From assembly GCA_963555755.3 (NCBI GenBank), contig OY820905.2:3744001-3808000 (forward strand): a stretch of 64,000 bases of DNA, in the 5' to 3' direction. The stretch is from Nitrospirales bacterium. GTDB taxonomy: Bacteria; Nitrospirota; Nitrospiria; Nitrospirales; UBA8639. Below are positions 42,319-52,089 of the stretch, piece by piece (the stretch's first letter is position 1; each line of letters begins with the position of its first letter). The notes under the pieces were generated by a model. The model worked only from the letters and a program-made list of their open reading frames with translations, ran no database searches and was not told the DNA's origin. The translations under genes and the position numbers were made by a program.

Positions 42319-43143
42319 ATGCCTGAACTTCCTGAAGTCGAAGTCGTTCGACGACAGCTCGAATCACACATAGTTGGGGCCACCATCCAGAACATTTGGA
42401 TCGGTCGTGACGATATCGTTCGTCAGGGGTTAGGAAGCCTTCCCTGGTACACAGGGGCCCGGCTGATTGATGTCCAACGACAGGGAAAAAGTCTGTCGAT
42501 GGTGTGCCAACAAGGCGGAGAACGTCGCTACCTGGTGGCTGAGCTGGGGATGACCGGGCTGCTGCTCTTTGATCGTCGGTTAGTGCCAAGTGAGAAGCAC
42601 CTGCATATGACTATCCACTTATCGAATAGCCAACAGGGCGCGCTTCATTATTGGAACGCACGACGGTTTGGAAGGCTGTATTTGTTTGATGAGACGGAAT
42701 GGGAAGCCTATCGTCAGCGACGTTTTGGAGTCGATCCGTTGACCGTTTCAGCAGAGGTTTTTTTGAGGTTAATACAAGGGTGTCGTGGTCGCGTGAAAGC
42801 GTTGTTGCTGAATCAGCAACGTATCGCGGGGATCGGAAATATCTATGCCAACGAAATGCTCTTTCGTGCCGGCATTCATCCGGATGCCCAGGGGAATCGT
42901 TTGTCCAAAAAGAGAATTCAATTGTTGTTTGAGGAGATGCAGAAGGTGCTTGCCGATGCGATCCACGGAGGTGGCTCTTCCATTCGAGACTACTTGTCTC
43001 CAGACGGCAGGCGAGGACAATTTCAAAATTATCATCAGGTGTATCAAAAAAAGGGGCAGCCTTGTCCCCGTTGCTCCACCCCTATTCGTCGGCTGGTTAG
43101 TGAACGTAGTTCGTTTTTTTGTTCTACTTGTCAGAAGCGATAA
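42319..43143 (+). CDS. mutM: Formamidopyrimidine-DNA glycosylase
   Basis: MPELPEVE, LGMTG, RRFG, IAGIGNIYANE and C-terminal CPRC...CSTCQ finger. Confidence 0.95.
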   Translation: MPELPEVEVVRRQLESHIVGATIQNIWIGRDDIVRQGLGSLPWYTGARLIDVQRQGKSLSMVCQQGGERRYLVAELGMTGLLLFDRRLVPSEKHLHMTIHLSNSQQGALHYWNARRFGRLYLFDETEWEAYRQRRFGVDPLTVSAEVFLRLIQGCRGRVKALLLNQQRIAGIGNIYANEMLFRAGIHPDAQGNRLSKKRIQLLFEEMQKVLADAIHGGGSSIRDYLSPDGRRGQFQNYHQVYQKKGQPCPRCSTPIRRLVSERSSFFCSTCQKR

Positions 43144-43718
43144 TTTTATGCGGGGTGTCGTCCCCGCACGACGAGGTCCTTTTGTTTTGGCAAAAGTACC
43201 TCGTCTGCAGGGGCGAAACCCTGCATTTAATAACTCCCTAAGAGACCCATTCCTCAACCCTACCTTCCGCAAAGAAGAACCCAACCTGGATTCCCGATAA
43301 AAAATGTCGGGAATGACTGATCAAATAGTTGCAGGCAAATTTTTTTCATCTCATATTTCTTGGTCTTATAGATTCCAAACGCCTTTCACCCCGCGTTGGG
43401 TGCGGCGGAGCCGCAGCCCCGAATCGACTTTTCGGCGAGGGCTGTTTGAGCGGAGCGAGTTCCCTCGCCATCTTATTCGGGGCGGAGGCGGAGGGACCCG
43501 TAGGGCCGCGCACGGGCGAAAATGGTTTTGGCTCCTTTTGCCGAAACAAAAGGACCTCGTCTGCAGGGGCGAAACCCTGCATAAGATAATTTCCAGCGAA
43601 GCAAATCACATTTTATTAGCCCTGTACCGGGGGTCGATGTTTTTGTTGAGGGCCTGAGCCCCCTTTGCTAGAATGCTGCTGCGGTGTTTTCTAATCCAGG
43701 AGGTTTCCAAAGTCTCAC

Positions 43719-44696
43719 GTGCGTAAAGTCAAACTTCGTGAAGGGGTGGACCTCGCTAATCTCTTTGGACCGCGGGATATGCATCTCCGGTTGATTGAGG
43801 ATGGCTTGCAGGTCCGGGTATCTGCGAGGGGTGATGAAGTCACTCTCGAAGGTCAGCCGGAGGCGGTTGGGCGTGCCGAACACCTTCTCTGCGAGTTGGC
43901 TGAACGGACGATCGGGCGGCGTCAATTAAAATCCGAAGACGTGACCCGGGCACTGAAAGCCACGGAAATTGACGCTCCTCCCAAGGCCGAATTTCTCGAT
44001 CCTGCTCCTATCTTTACTCCCAAAGGGTCAGTTGTTCCGAAGACCCCCACTCAGCATTTGTACATCGAAGCGATTCAAAAACATGATTTGGTCATTGGTA
44101 TTGGTCCGGCGGGGACGGGCAAGACCTATTTGGCCATGGCCATGGCCTTGGGCGCGTTGATGAGAAAAGAGGTGAGTCGGATTGTGTTGGCGCGGCCTGC
44201 GGTCGAAGCCGGTGAGCGCTTGGGGTTTTTACCGGGGGACATGTACGCAAAAGTCCATCCGTATTTACGACCGTTGTATGACGCGTTGTATGGCATGATG
44301 GATATGGATCGGGCGAATCGGTTGATAGAGCGTGGAGACATTGAGTTGGCCCCGCTAGCCTTTATGCGTGGGCGTACCTTGAACGATGCGTTTGTGATTT
44401 TGGATGAAGCCCAAAACGCCACGGCGGAACAGATGAAAATGTTTCTCACGCGGCTTGGGTCTAACTCTAAAGCCGTGGTTACGGGTGATATCACGCAAGT
44501 GGACTTGCCCCCGGATCGTACGTCGGGGTTGATCCAAGTGACTGAAATTCTTCGGGCGGTTGAGGGAATTAAATTTATTTATTTTCACGAACGAGATATT
44601 GTGCGACATCGGTTGGTGCAAGATATTATTTTGGCCTATAACCAGCATGGGAATGAGGCTGGTCACGATCAGACGAGATCCGACGGAACGAAATAA
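43719..44696 (+). CDS. phoH: PhoH-family ATPase
   Basis: GPAGTGKTYLA, RPAVEAGE.LGFLPGD, LAFMRGRTL, DEAQN and TGDITQVDL. Confidence 0.95.
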   Translation: MRKVKLREGVDLANLFGPRDMHLRLIEDGLQVRVSARGDEVTLEGQPEAVGRAEHLLCELAERTIGRRQLKSEDVTRALKATEIDAPPKAEFLDPAPIFTPKGSVVPKTPTQHLYIEAIQKHDLVIGIGPAGTGKTYLAMAMALGALMRKEVSRIVLARPAVEAGERLGFLPGDMYAKVHPYLRPLYDALYGMMDMDRANRLIERGDIELAPLAFMRGRTLNDAFVILDEAQNATAEQMKMFLTRLGSNSKAVVTGDITQVDLPPDRTSGLIQVTEILRAVEGIKFIYFHERDIVRHRLVQDIILAYNQHGNEAGHDQTRSDGTK

Positions 44697-44754
44697 TTGA
44701 TTTTCCCTTCCTGAACGTTCGGAACCGTTTTCTCAAAACCATTTAAACTTGCTA

Positions 44755-44876
44755 TTCCCCGTAGCTTGCTACGGGGTAACCTAATGAGGTCCCCCCTTTG
44801 GAAAAGGGGGTTAGGGGGATTTTCAAATCATTGTTTCCTCTGAATACCCCGTCAGCTTGCTGCGGGGATCTTTATT
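44755..44876. repeat. Pair of CCCCG-AGCTTGCT-CGGGG hairpins (IS200/IS605-end-like) enclosing a CCCCCTTT..AAAGGGGG palindrome
   Basis: ccccgtagcttgctacgggg ... ccccgtcagcttgctgcgggg. Confidence 0.55.
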
Positions 44877-44902
44877 CCCTGGTTTGCAGGATGGTGTGGA
44901 CC

Positions 44903-45358
44903 ATGCCAGTCTTCGTTCGTAGTCGTGTGCATCGTGTGCTGGTTCGAGAGGCTGCGGTCCGGCGTATTGTTCAAAAGCTTCTAGCATGTGTGGGAGAGGC
45001 CGCCTCCGAGATCAGCATCGAATTCGTGGGTGGTGCGCGCATGCGTCGTTTGAATCGTGACTACCGACAGAAAGACCGAACCACCGATGTGTTAGCCTTT
45101 GCCTGTCGTGAGGCCGGCGGTCCGGCATCGCCGATGCTTGGCGATGTGGTGGTTTCAGTCCCTACGGCCATGCGGCAGGCGGTTTCTTTGAAACATTCGT
45201 TGGACGAAGAACTCGTTCGATTATTGATTCATGGCCTGTTGCATGTAGTAGGGTATGATCACGAATGTGGTGAAAAAGAAGCTCGACGGATGCGCCGCAA
45301 AGAAGAGAAGCTTTTTGAAGCACTCAAACCCTTACCGAAATTGGTTGCCAGGTCGTGA
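44903..45358 (+). CDS. ybeY: rRNA maturation endoribonuclease YbeY
   Basis: LNRDYRQKDRTTDVLAF, LGDVVVS and HGLLHVVGYDH; follows phoH. Confidence 0.93.
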   Translation: MPVFVRSRVHRVLVREAAVRRIVQKLLACVGEAASEISIEFVGGARMRRLNRDYRQKDRTTDVLAFACREAGGPASPMLGDVVVSVPTAMRQAVSLKHSLDEELVRLLIHGLLHVVGYDHECGEKEARRMRRKEEKLFEALKPLPKLVARS

Positions 45359-45396
45359 TGCGTAATGCGTGAAGCGTGATGAGTAAGGAAAAAAGA

Positions 45397-45964
45397 GTGA
45401 CGAATGGGTTGAAAACGCATAAAGATCTGGATGCATGGAATAAAGCAATGGAACTTGTTGAATGGGGCTGTTGAATAATTCACGTCAATAGCCAATAAAC
45501 GCTCCATATGAGCCCCACACCGAGTGGGAGGGAATGTTGAAAAAAGTCCGTCCAGCAAGGCCGCAGCCCTTTTGACGCGCGGAGCGTACACTTTGTACGT
45601 GAGCACGGCAAAAGGGCGAGAACGCCGCTGGCGGCTTTTTTCAACATTCCCTGAATCTATTTACAGGCTAACGACTCAATACCCCAAGGAAGAGACGTAT
45701 GGATTAACGTTGCAGACAAGACGGTCGGCCATTTCGATCCCGAGCAATATTGCTGAGGGTGCGGCGAGAAAATCTAAAAAAGAATTTATTCAATTTTTGC
45801 ATATAGCCCTCGGGTCGCTTGCGGAACTAGAAACACAACTTATATTAGCGGCCAGGTTGAAATTTATTAGAAACCAACATGAGTTGAACCAAGTTAATCA
45901 GTTAAGGCAAATTCTCTTAGGCCTCTTGCGTTATTTGAAGCGAAGATCGGCTGCCAGTGAATAG
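45397..45964 (+). pseudogene. Four-helix-bundle (23S-IVP/bAvd-like) protein interrupted by a family-A MITE
   Basis: KTHKDLDAWNKAMELVE | SIYRLT..YPKEETYGLT.Q.RRSAISIPSNIAEG..R...KEF..FL.IA.GS.AELETQ. Confidence 0.88.
45464..45651. mobile_element. Family-A MITE, long form (TGAAT TSD)
   Basis: ggggctgttgaat...ttcaacattccc; TGAAT at 45459-45463 and 45652-45656. Confidence 0.85.
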
Positions 45965-46014
45965 GCGGTTGCTCAGTAACGCTTTACGCATCACGCATTA
46001 CGGATAACGAATCT

Positions 46015-46920
46015 ATGAGTTGGATTGAACGGCTTAAGGAAGGTTTAAATAAAACCCGCAAAGGCGTGCAACGCTCGCTGCTGCAGTTAGTCGGACAGGG
46101 GCATGATCCCGCGGTGTTAGAAGAAGTCGAGGCCTCGCTGTTGGGGGCTGATGTTGGTGTTCGCGCGGTGGATCGTTTGATGGAGCGCCTTCGCGATGAG
46201 GTGGGTGGGGATTCGATCCAGACGTTGAAGGACACCCTTGTCGAGATTTTGGCGCCGGCTCAATCTGACTCGATAGAAACGGTGATTCGCTCGGGACCCA
46301 AGCCTTTTGTTATTTTGGGGGTGGGGGTAAACGGAGTCGGGAAAACCACCAGCATGGCGAAACTTGCCAGTCGGTTGAAACGTCAAGGATTGACGCCCTT
46401 ACTCATTGCCGCGGACACCTTTCGTGCCGCGGCGATCGAACAATTGGAGATTTGGGGAAACCGGATTGGGGTTGATGTGATTAAGCACCGACAAGGCGCC
46501 GATCCCTCCGCGGTGGTTTTTGACGGCTTGGCCGCAGCGAAGGCGCGTGGGGTCGATGTGGTTCTCATTGACACCGCTGGTCGATTGCACACCAAAGTCA
46601 ATTTGATGGATGAGTTAAAAAAGATGAAACGTATCCTCGATCGGGAACTGCCTGGCGCGCCGCATGAAGTGTTACTCACCCTCGATGGAACCATTGGACA
46701 AAATTCGTTGGCTCAGGTGAAGCAATTCCATGAGGCAATCGGAGTTACGGGATTGGCTTTGGCGAAGCTTGATGGTACGTCAAAGGGTGGAGTGGTGGTG
46801 GCTATTGCCCAAGAATTCGCGATTCCCGTGCGCCTCATTGGAGTGGGCGAACAGGAAGAAGATTTACAAGATTTTCAGGCGCGGGAATTTGCTGATGCCC
46901 TGCTCGAGGTTCAGGAATAA
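46015..46920 (+). CDS. ftsY: SRP receptor FtsY
   Basis: GVNGVGKTTS, DTFRAAAIEQL, DTAGRLH and KLDGTSKGG. Confidence 0.96.
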   Translation: MSWIERLKEGLNKTRKGVQRSLLQLVGQGHDPAVLEEVEASLLGADVGVRAVDRLMERLRDEVGGDSIQTLKDTLVEILAPAQSDSIETVIRSGPKPFVILGVGVNGVGKTTSMAKLASRLKRQGLTPLLIAADTFRAAAIEQLEIWGNRIGVDVIKHRQGADPSAVVFDGLAAAKARGVDVVLIDTAGRLHTKVNLMDELKKMKRILDRELPGAPHEVLLTLDGTIGQNSLAQVKQFHEAIGVTGLALAKLDGTSKGGVVVAIAQEFAIPVRLIGVGEQEEDLQDFQAREFADALLEVQE

Positions 46921-46924
46921 ATGA

Positions 46925-47153
46925 GGGGATGTTGAAAAATGGCGTCAGCCTACGCCGGAGCTTCGGCAGACAAGCCAGCGGCGTTCTCGGCTCTTTGTCG
47001 TGCTCACGTACTCACCCGTACGCTCCGCGCGCCAAAGCGCCTGGGGCCTTGCTGAGCGCACCTTTTTGAACATCCCCCTACAAGCTTGGCGTTTTATAAG
47101 ATGAACTACGCGATAACGGCATTATTAAAATTTAAGTACTATTCAATAGGCCC
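46925..47153. mobile_element. Family-A MITE, long form (AATGA TSD)
   Basis: AATGA at 46920-46924 and 47154-47158. Confidence 0.85.
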
Positions 47154-47154
47154 A

Positions 47155-49302
47155 ATGAAACAATGTATCGTGGCGATGGGGTGTGGTGTGCTGGCTTGGG
47201 CTGGTGGTGGCCTTTTTTGTTATGCCGCCGAATTGAAAATTCAGCATCATGAGTTGGTGGTGGAGCTTTACCCATCAAGCCATACGATTGTGGCACACGA
47301 CACGATACAATTGGTTGGATTGCCTGAGAGTGAACCGATTATTCGTGTGAGTTTAAATCCCTATCTTGACATTGAAGAGGTGTTGGTTGGAGGTGGACCC
47401 TTAAATTTTTGGGAAGAGGCGCTGTTCTCTTCACCGGGCCGTGATGACTCCTCTGATTCTCAACTCACCCGAACTGTCGAAATTCGCTTGCCCTCCATGC
47501 CGGTTGATCGAGAGTCCTTGATTCTGCGGATTTTCTATCGTGGACACATCAATGATCCGCCGCGAGCGGCGCCCGGTTTGCGTTTTGTGCGACCCGATAA
47601 GACCAACGGACATATCGGTGAAGATGGCGTGTATTTAACCTCGGAAACCTTGTGGTATCCTGACGTCCTAGGATCTTTGGCGACGTTTCATGTCACGGTC
47701 ACACTCCCGAGTGATTGGCGCGCGGTCACCCATGGCCAGGAAGTGTCGTATGTGTCCCAAAGGAATACCTCAACGGCGGAATGGGTCGTCCGGTCCAATA
47801 CGGAAGCGTTGACCTTGGCGGCCAATCGGTTCATGAAACAAGATCGACAATGGCATGGCATTGAAATTGCCACATATTTGTTTCCCGAGGATGACCATTT
47901 GGCTACGCAGTATTTGGACGCCATCGTGCATTACCTGGAATTGTACACGGAGATCTTGGGGCCGTATCCGTTTCCGAAGTTTGCGGTCGTCGAAAATTTT
48001 TTCCCGAGTGGGCTGGGCCTGCCGTCGTTTACGTTATTAGGAAGTCGCGTGATTAAGCGAAGGTACACGCAACCATATTCACTTGGTCATGAAGTGGTGC
48101 ATTCGTGGATGGGCAATTCCGTGTTGAACCATTTTGAAACCGGCAATTGGGTTGAAGGTCTGACAACGTATCTGGCCAATTATTATTATGAAGAACGGTT
48201 CGAGGGGCATGAGAAAGCCGTGGCCCATCGCCGGCGAATGATGGTGGAGTATAGCTTGTACAGCCATCCAAAAAATGATTACGCGGTGGTGAACTTTCAT
48301 CATAAGGAAAATCGTGTGGATAACGCCATCGGGTATCAAAAGACCGCGATGATTTTTCACATGCTGCGACGGCAGATTGGGGATGACGTATTTTTCCGAG
48401 GTGTTCGCCAGTTGGTGGCCGAGTACACTGGTCGTTATGCCGGATGGAGTGAGTTGCAGCGTGTGTTTGAGCAGACGTCAGGAGCGGATTTATCCTGGTT
48501 TTTTATTCAATGGGTGGAACGGCCAGGAGCTCCGATGCTGGCTATTCAGGAAGCACGTGTTCAACCTGCTGCAGGCGAGGGTTTTTGGATTCGCCTTCGG
48601 GTGTCTCAGACTGGGGATTCTTACCGATTGCAGGTACCCGTTGTCATTCAATTGGATCAAGAAAATGTCTATCGTGCGATTTTCGATCTGCGGGGACACG
48701 ATCAATTGGTGTCACTGTGGGTTCCAACGAAGCCCATTCGTCTCACGCTTGATCCGGAATATCAGACATTTAGACGACTGAAGCGCAGCCAAATTCCGCC
48801 TATGTTGAATCTTTGGGTGACGGATCGGCATCGAGCCGTGTCTGTGCCGCCAGCAGAATCGGGACAAGCGTTGTTTCGTCCGGCGTTGGATCGAATTCGA
48901 TCTCAACAGGATGATGTTGTCTGGTTGGAGGGCATGGGTTATTCATCAGATGCCCAATCCGTGTTGGCGTTTGGGCGGCCCAATCAGAACGCTGTAACAG
49001 CGGAGCTCCTTCGTTGGTGTGGCCCACGCATCACCGTGAATGAACGTGCAGTGACGATAGACGGCACAACCTTTTCAGGTGAAAATGTGGCTGTCCTTGT
49101 CAGCTGCGCGAATCCGAATCATCCCGACCATGTTGGCACGGCCTTTTTTGGTTTGGGCCCGGACGCGGTTTCTCGCGTGGCACGGCTCTTATTTTTTTAT
49201 GGTTGGGATAGTTATCTTGTGTACAAAAATGGAAAAGTGATTGGACGCGGTTCCTTTGCTCCCAAGGCGCAAGACCTAACCGTCGAATTGCAAGCAGCAT
49301 GA
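47155..49302 (+). CDS. Exported M1-family (gluzincin) aminopeptidase
   Basis: GPYPFPKFAVVENF; HEVVHSW plus downstream EGLTTY; GYQKTAMIFHMLR. Confidence 0.88.
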   Translation: MKQCIVAMGCGVLAWAGGGLFCYAAELKIQHHELVVELYPSSHTIVAHDTIQLVGLPESEPIIRVSLNPYLDIEEVLVGGGPLNFWEEALFSSPGRDDSSDSQLTRTVEIRLPSMPVDRESLILRIFYRGHINDPPRAAPGLRFVRPDKTNGHIGEDGVYLTSETLWYPDVLGSLATFHVTVTLPSDWRAVTHGQEVSYVSQRNTSTAEWVVRSNTEALTLAANRFMKQDRQWHGIEIATYLFPEDDHLATQYLDAIVHYLELYTEILGPYPFPKFAVVENFFPSGLGLPSFTLLGSRVIKRRYTQPYSLGHEVVHSWMGNSVLNHFETGNWVEGLTTYLANYYYEERFEGHEKAVAHRRRMMVEYSLYSHPKNDYAVVNFHHKENRVDNAIGYQKTAMIFHMLRRQIGDDVFFRGVRQLVAEYTGRYAGWSELQRVFEQTSGADLSWFFIQWVERPGAPMLAIQEARVQPAAGEGFWIRLRVSQTGDSYRLQVPVVIQLDQENVYRAIFDLRGHDQLVSLWVPTKPIRLTLDPEYQTFRRLKRSQIPPMLNLWVTDRHRAVSVPPAESGQALFRPALDRIRSQQDDVVWLEGMGYSSDAQSVLAFGRPNQNAVTAELLRWCGPRITVNERAVTIDGTTFSGENVAVLVSCANPNHPDHVGTAFFGLGPDAVSRVARLLFFYGWDSYLVYKNGKVIGRGSFAPKAQDLTVELQAA

Positions 49303-50420
49303 GGAGATTTACGAACATGGTTCAGGCGAAAACAGTGGTAGGGTTGTTTGTGTTGTGTGTCGTGGTCATGACTACGTGGACTCAAGAGACCTTGGCATTG
49401 GAGCCACAGGTTGGTGGAGAATCATCCCAAGCTCAGGACGTTGAACGCCATTTGGCGAATATTCGGCAATTGACCGCTGGTGGAAAAAACGCAGAGGCCT
49501 ATTTTTCGTTTGATGGGGATCGCCTGATCTTCCAATCGACAAAAGACCCCGTAAGCCAAACCTTACAAGACTGTCACCAGATGTACGTTATGGATTTGAA
49601 AGGTGAAAACATCTATCGAGTGAGTACGGGATACGGGGGAACGACCTGCGGCTATTTCTTCCCCGGAGGACGACGAGTGCTGTTCTCGTCTACTCATATG
49701 ACGGGGTTTCAATGCCCACCCAAACCTCAACGAGGTGCACGATATCGTTGGGCGTTAGATGATTATGATATTTTTTCCGTGAAAATCGATGGCCGAGATT
49801 TGCAACGGCTTACCAGCTCACGCGGATATGATGCTGAGGCGACCATTTCTCCTAATGGACGAACCATGGTCTTCACCTCTGTCCGAGATGGGGATATTGA
49901 TCTCTATACCATGAATATTGATGGCTCTGGCGTGAAGAGATTAACGAACGAAGTGGGGTATGAGGGAGGCGCGTTTTTCTCACCTGATAGCAAACGGATT
50001 GTGTATCGCGCTCAACACCCCAAGACCCCTGAAGAATTGAAGGCCTACAAAGATCTGTTAGCCCAAAACCTGATTGAGCCAGGCAATCTCGAACTCTTTG
50101 TCATGAATGCCGACGGATCCGAGAAACGGCAAGTGACATTCAATGGAGCCTCAAACTTTGCGCCCTATTTTCATGTTGATGGACGACAAATTATTTTTTC
50201 TTCGAATGTGTCCGATCCTCCAGGTGGCAAGGGCCGGCCGGCGTTTCAGTTACATCTCATCAATGATGATGGAACGGGCATGGAACAGATCACGTTCAAG
50301 GGGCACTTCAATAGCTTCCCGATGTTTTCTCCCGATGGAAAACTGTTGGTGTGGGTGTCGGACCGAAACACCACGACCCGCGGCGAATTTAACGTGTTCC
50401 TTGCCGATTGGGTTCCGTGA
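49299..50420 (+). CDS. TolB-like PD40 beta-propeller periplasmic protein
   Basis: NAEAYFS.DG..LIFQ, YDAEATISP.G, GGAFFSPD and FPMFSPDGK repeats. Confidence 0.88.
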   Translation: MRRFTNMVQAKTVVGLFVLCVVVMTTWTQETLALEPQVGGESSQAQDVERHLANIRQLTAGGKNAEAYFSFDGDRLIFQSTKDPVSQTLQDCHQMYVMDLKGENIYRVSTGYGGTTCGYFFPGGRRVLFSSTHMTGFQCPPKPQRGARYRWALDDYDIFSVKIDGRDLQRLTSSRGYDAEATISPNGRTMVFTSVRDGDIDLYTMNIDGSGVKRLTNEVGYEGGAFFSPDSKRIVYRAQHPKTPEELKAYKDLLAQNLIEPGNLELFVMNADGSEKRQVTFNGASNFAPYFHVDGRQIIFSSNVSDPPGGKGRPAFQLHLINDDGTGMEQITFKGHFNSFPMFSPDGKLLVWVSDRNTTTRGEFNVFLADWVP

Positions 50421-50478
50421 GATTAGGCCCCCCTTTGAAAAAGGGGGGTTGGGGGGATTTTTCTCGGGGGGATTTCCA

Positions 50479-50841
50479 TTGATCAAATACAACCGACATT
50501 ACAAGCCGGAGGCACGAATGCTTCGAAAAACCATGACCGATGCTGAGCAAATGTTATGGAGTCGGTTGCGACGGAAACAAATTCAGAACGTGCAATTCTA
50601 CAGGCAAAAATGCATGGGGGATTTTATCGTAGACTTTTACGCTCCGAAGGCCAAGCTTGTCATTGAGGTCGATGGATCGCAACACTTCGAAAAACCTAAT
50701 CAAATGAAAGACCAGCAGCGTGACGCTTGTCTCAAACGCGAGGGGTTGCGAGTCATTCGATTCCACAACGGCCAGGTGTTACAAGAAATTGAAAGTGTCA
50801 GGGAAGCCGTTTATCAAACGGTGACATCGCGATTAGCTTAA
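50479..50841 (+). CDS. DUF559 (Vsr-like) endonuclease
   Basis: ARMLRK.MT.AE..LW..LR, FYRQ...G.FIVDFY...KLVIEVDGSQH...D..RD..L...G.RVIRF. Confidence 0.9.
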   Translation: MIKYNRHYKPEARMLRKTMTDAEQMLWSRLRRKQIQNVQFYRQKCMGDFIVDFYAPKAKLVIEVDGSQHFEKPNQMKDQQRDACLKREGLRVIRFHNGQVLQEIESVREAVYQTVTSRLA

Positions 50842-50935
50842 ACCTCTTGATGAATAACACGTGTTCAATCCCCCTCAATCCCCCTTTGAAAAAGGGGGAG
50901 GTCAACACGCCTTTGTTCCTGTTGGGGGGAAAGCC

Positions 50936-51967
50936 GTGAGTCGATTGAAACCCTTGGCCATTATTTTTCTCTCCTGCGTCATTTTTTCCCTCTCCCTATT
51001 TTCTCTATCCCAACTGGACTACCAGGCGATCTTGTTTGTGCGTTCCCTTCATAACCCGATCATAGCACAGCTCGGGAATATCGGGAGTCGTCTTGGGCAT
51101 GGAGGGACGTTAATCCTGGTCAGTATCGCCTTGTTCCTCGTCGGATACGTGTGGAAAAAAGATATATTTCGGCAGGTCGGAATCGATACCTTTGTCGCAC
51201 ATATGGCTGCGGGCATTGCCGTGCAAATTCCCAAGCACGTGATCGGTCGTCCACGGCCTCGATGGACGCATCAAAATGCCTTTGAATATGGCCCCACGTT
51301 TCAAAGCGGCCTTGATACGTTTCCCTCCGGCCATACCACGGCCTCCTTTGCCGTGGCCGCTGTGCTTGCCCGCTCTTTTCCGGGGATGTCTTGGCTGTGG
51401 TATGGGGCCGCGTCATTCATCGCGCTCAGCCGTTTTTTGGGTGGTTCGCACTTTCCTACCGACGTACTTGTCGGAGCCGTGCTGGGGTACCTCGTGGGAT
51501 ATGTGTGTGCTCGACCATATAAGGAATGGCGGCAATCTTTGTATCAGGCTCTTCCGCTTGGATTACCTCTGCTGATCGGAGGACTTACCTTATTCTGGAT
51601 CACGTTTCGCCAGCCTTTTTCCGGGGGGCTTGCGATTGGGATGGATTGGGTTGGGCTGTTCTTGCTGTTTGGAGGATTGGCCATGCGTTGGAATCTCATT
51701 CGGAATAATCTCTATGTTCCAGCCCGCGCACATGGCGTGATGTTTGAGGGGTCTTTGTTGATTGGGTTTGGACTTGCGCTGACAACCCATTCCCCCCTAG
51801 TGGTCATGTTGGCGAGTTTGGCTGGTCTGGTATGGTGGATACGGTTTGTTGGTGAGAAGGAAAATATGGATCAATACTTCCTTGCACGGGAAATTCTTCT
51901 GTGTTTTTTTCTGGTCGTGGTAACCGTGACGTTCCGGGGATTAAATGGGCTCATTCCACTGCAGTAA
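50936..51967 (+). CDS. PAP2-family phosphatase (LpxE/LpxF-like) membrane protein
   Basis: K.VIGRPRP, FPSGH and SR...GSHFPTDV. Confidence 0.88.
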   Translation: MSRLKPLAIIFLSCVIFSLSLFSLSQLDYQAILFVRSLHNPIIAQLGNIGSRLGHGGTLILVSIALFLVGYVWKKDIFRQVGIDTFVAHMAAGIAVQIPKHVIGRPRPRWTHQNAFEYGPTFQSGLDTFPSGHTTASFAVAAVLARSFPGMSWLWYGAASFIALSRFLGGSHFPTDVLVGAVLGYLVGYVCARPYKEWRQSLYQALPLGLPLLIGGLTLFWITFRQPFSGGLAIGMDWVGLFLLFGGLAMRWNLIRNNLYVPARAHGVMFEGSLLIGFGLALTTHSPLVVMLASLAGLVWWIRFVGEKENMDQYFLAREILLCFFLVVVTVTFRGLNGLIPLQ

Positions 51968-52089
51968 GGGCTTCGTAATCCGTGAACCGTGAAGAGACCT
52001 TATGACTGCCCTTTGTAGAAAGCCACGACTGTCAAGCTGTGGCCTCCACTCATTACTCTTCACGGTTCACGGTTCACGGTTCACGGTTG

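Noticed and set aside
45397..45964. Diversity-generating retroelement (Avd-like gene)
   Set aside because: No RT gene and no TR/VR pair with adenine-specific mismatches in the window
47086..47154. ORF-track N-terminal extensions (47086, 44798, 50143, 50861, 56236, 60743)
   Set aside because: They run through repeats, neighbouring genes or intergenic DNA; better starts with RBS or family-consistent N-termini lie downstream
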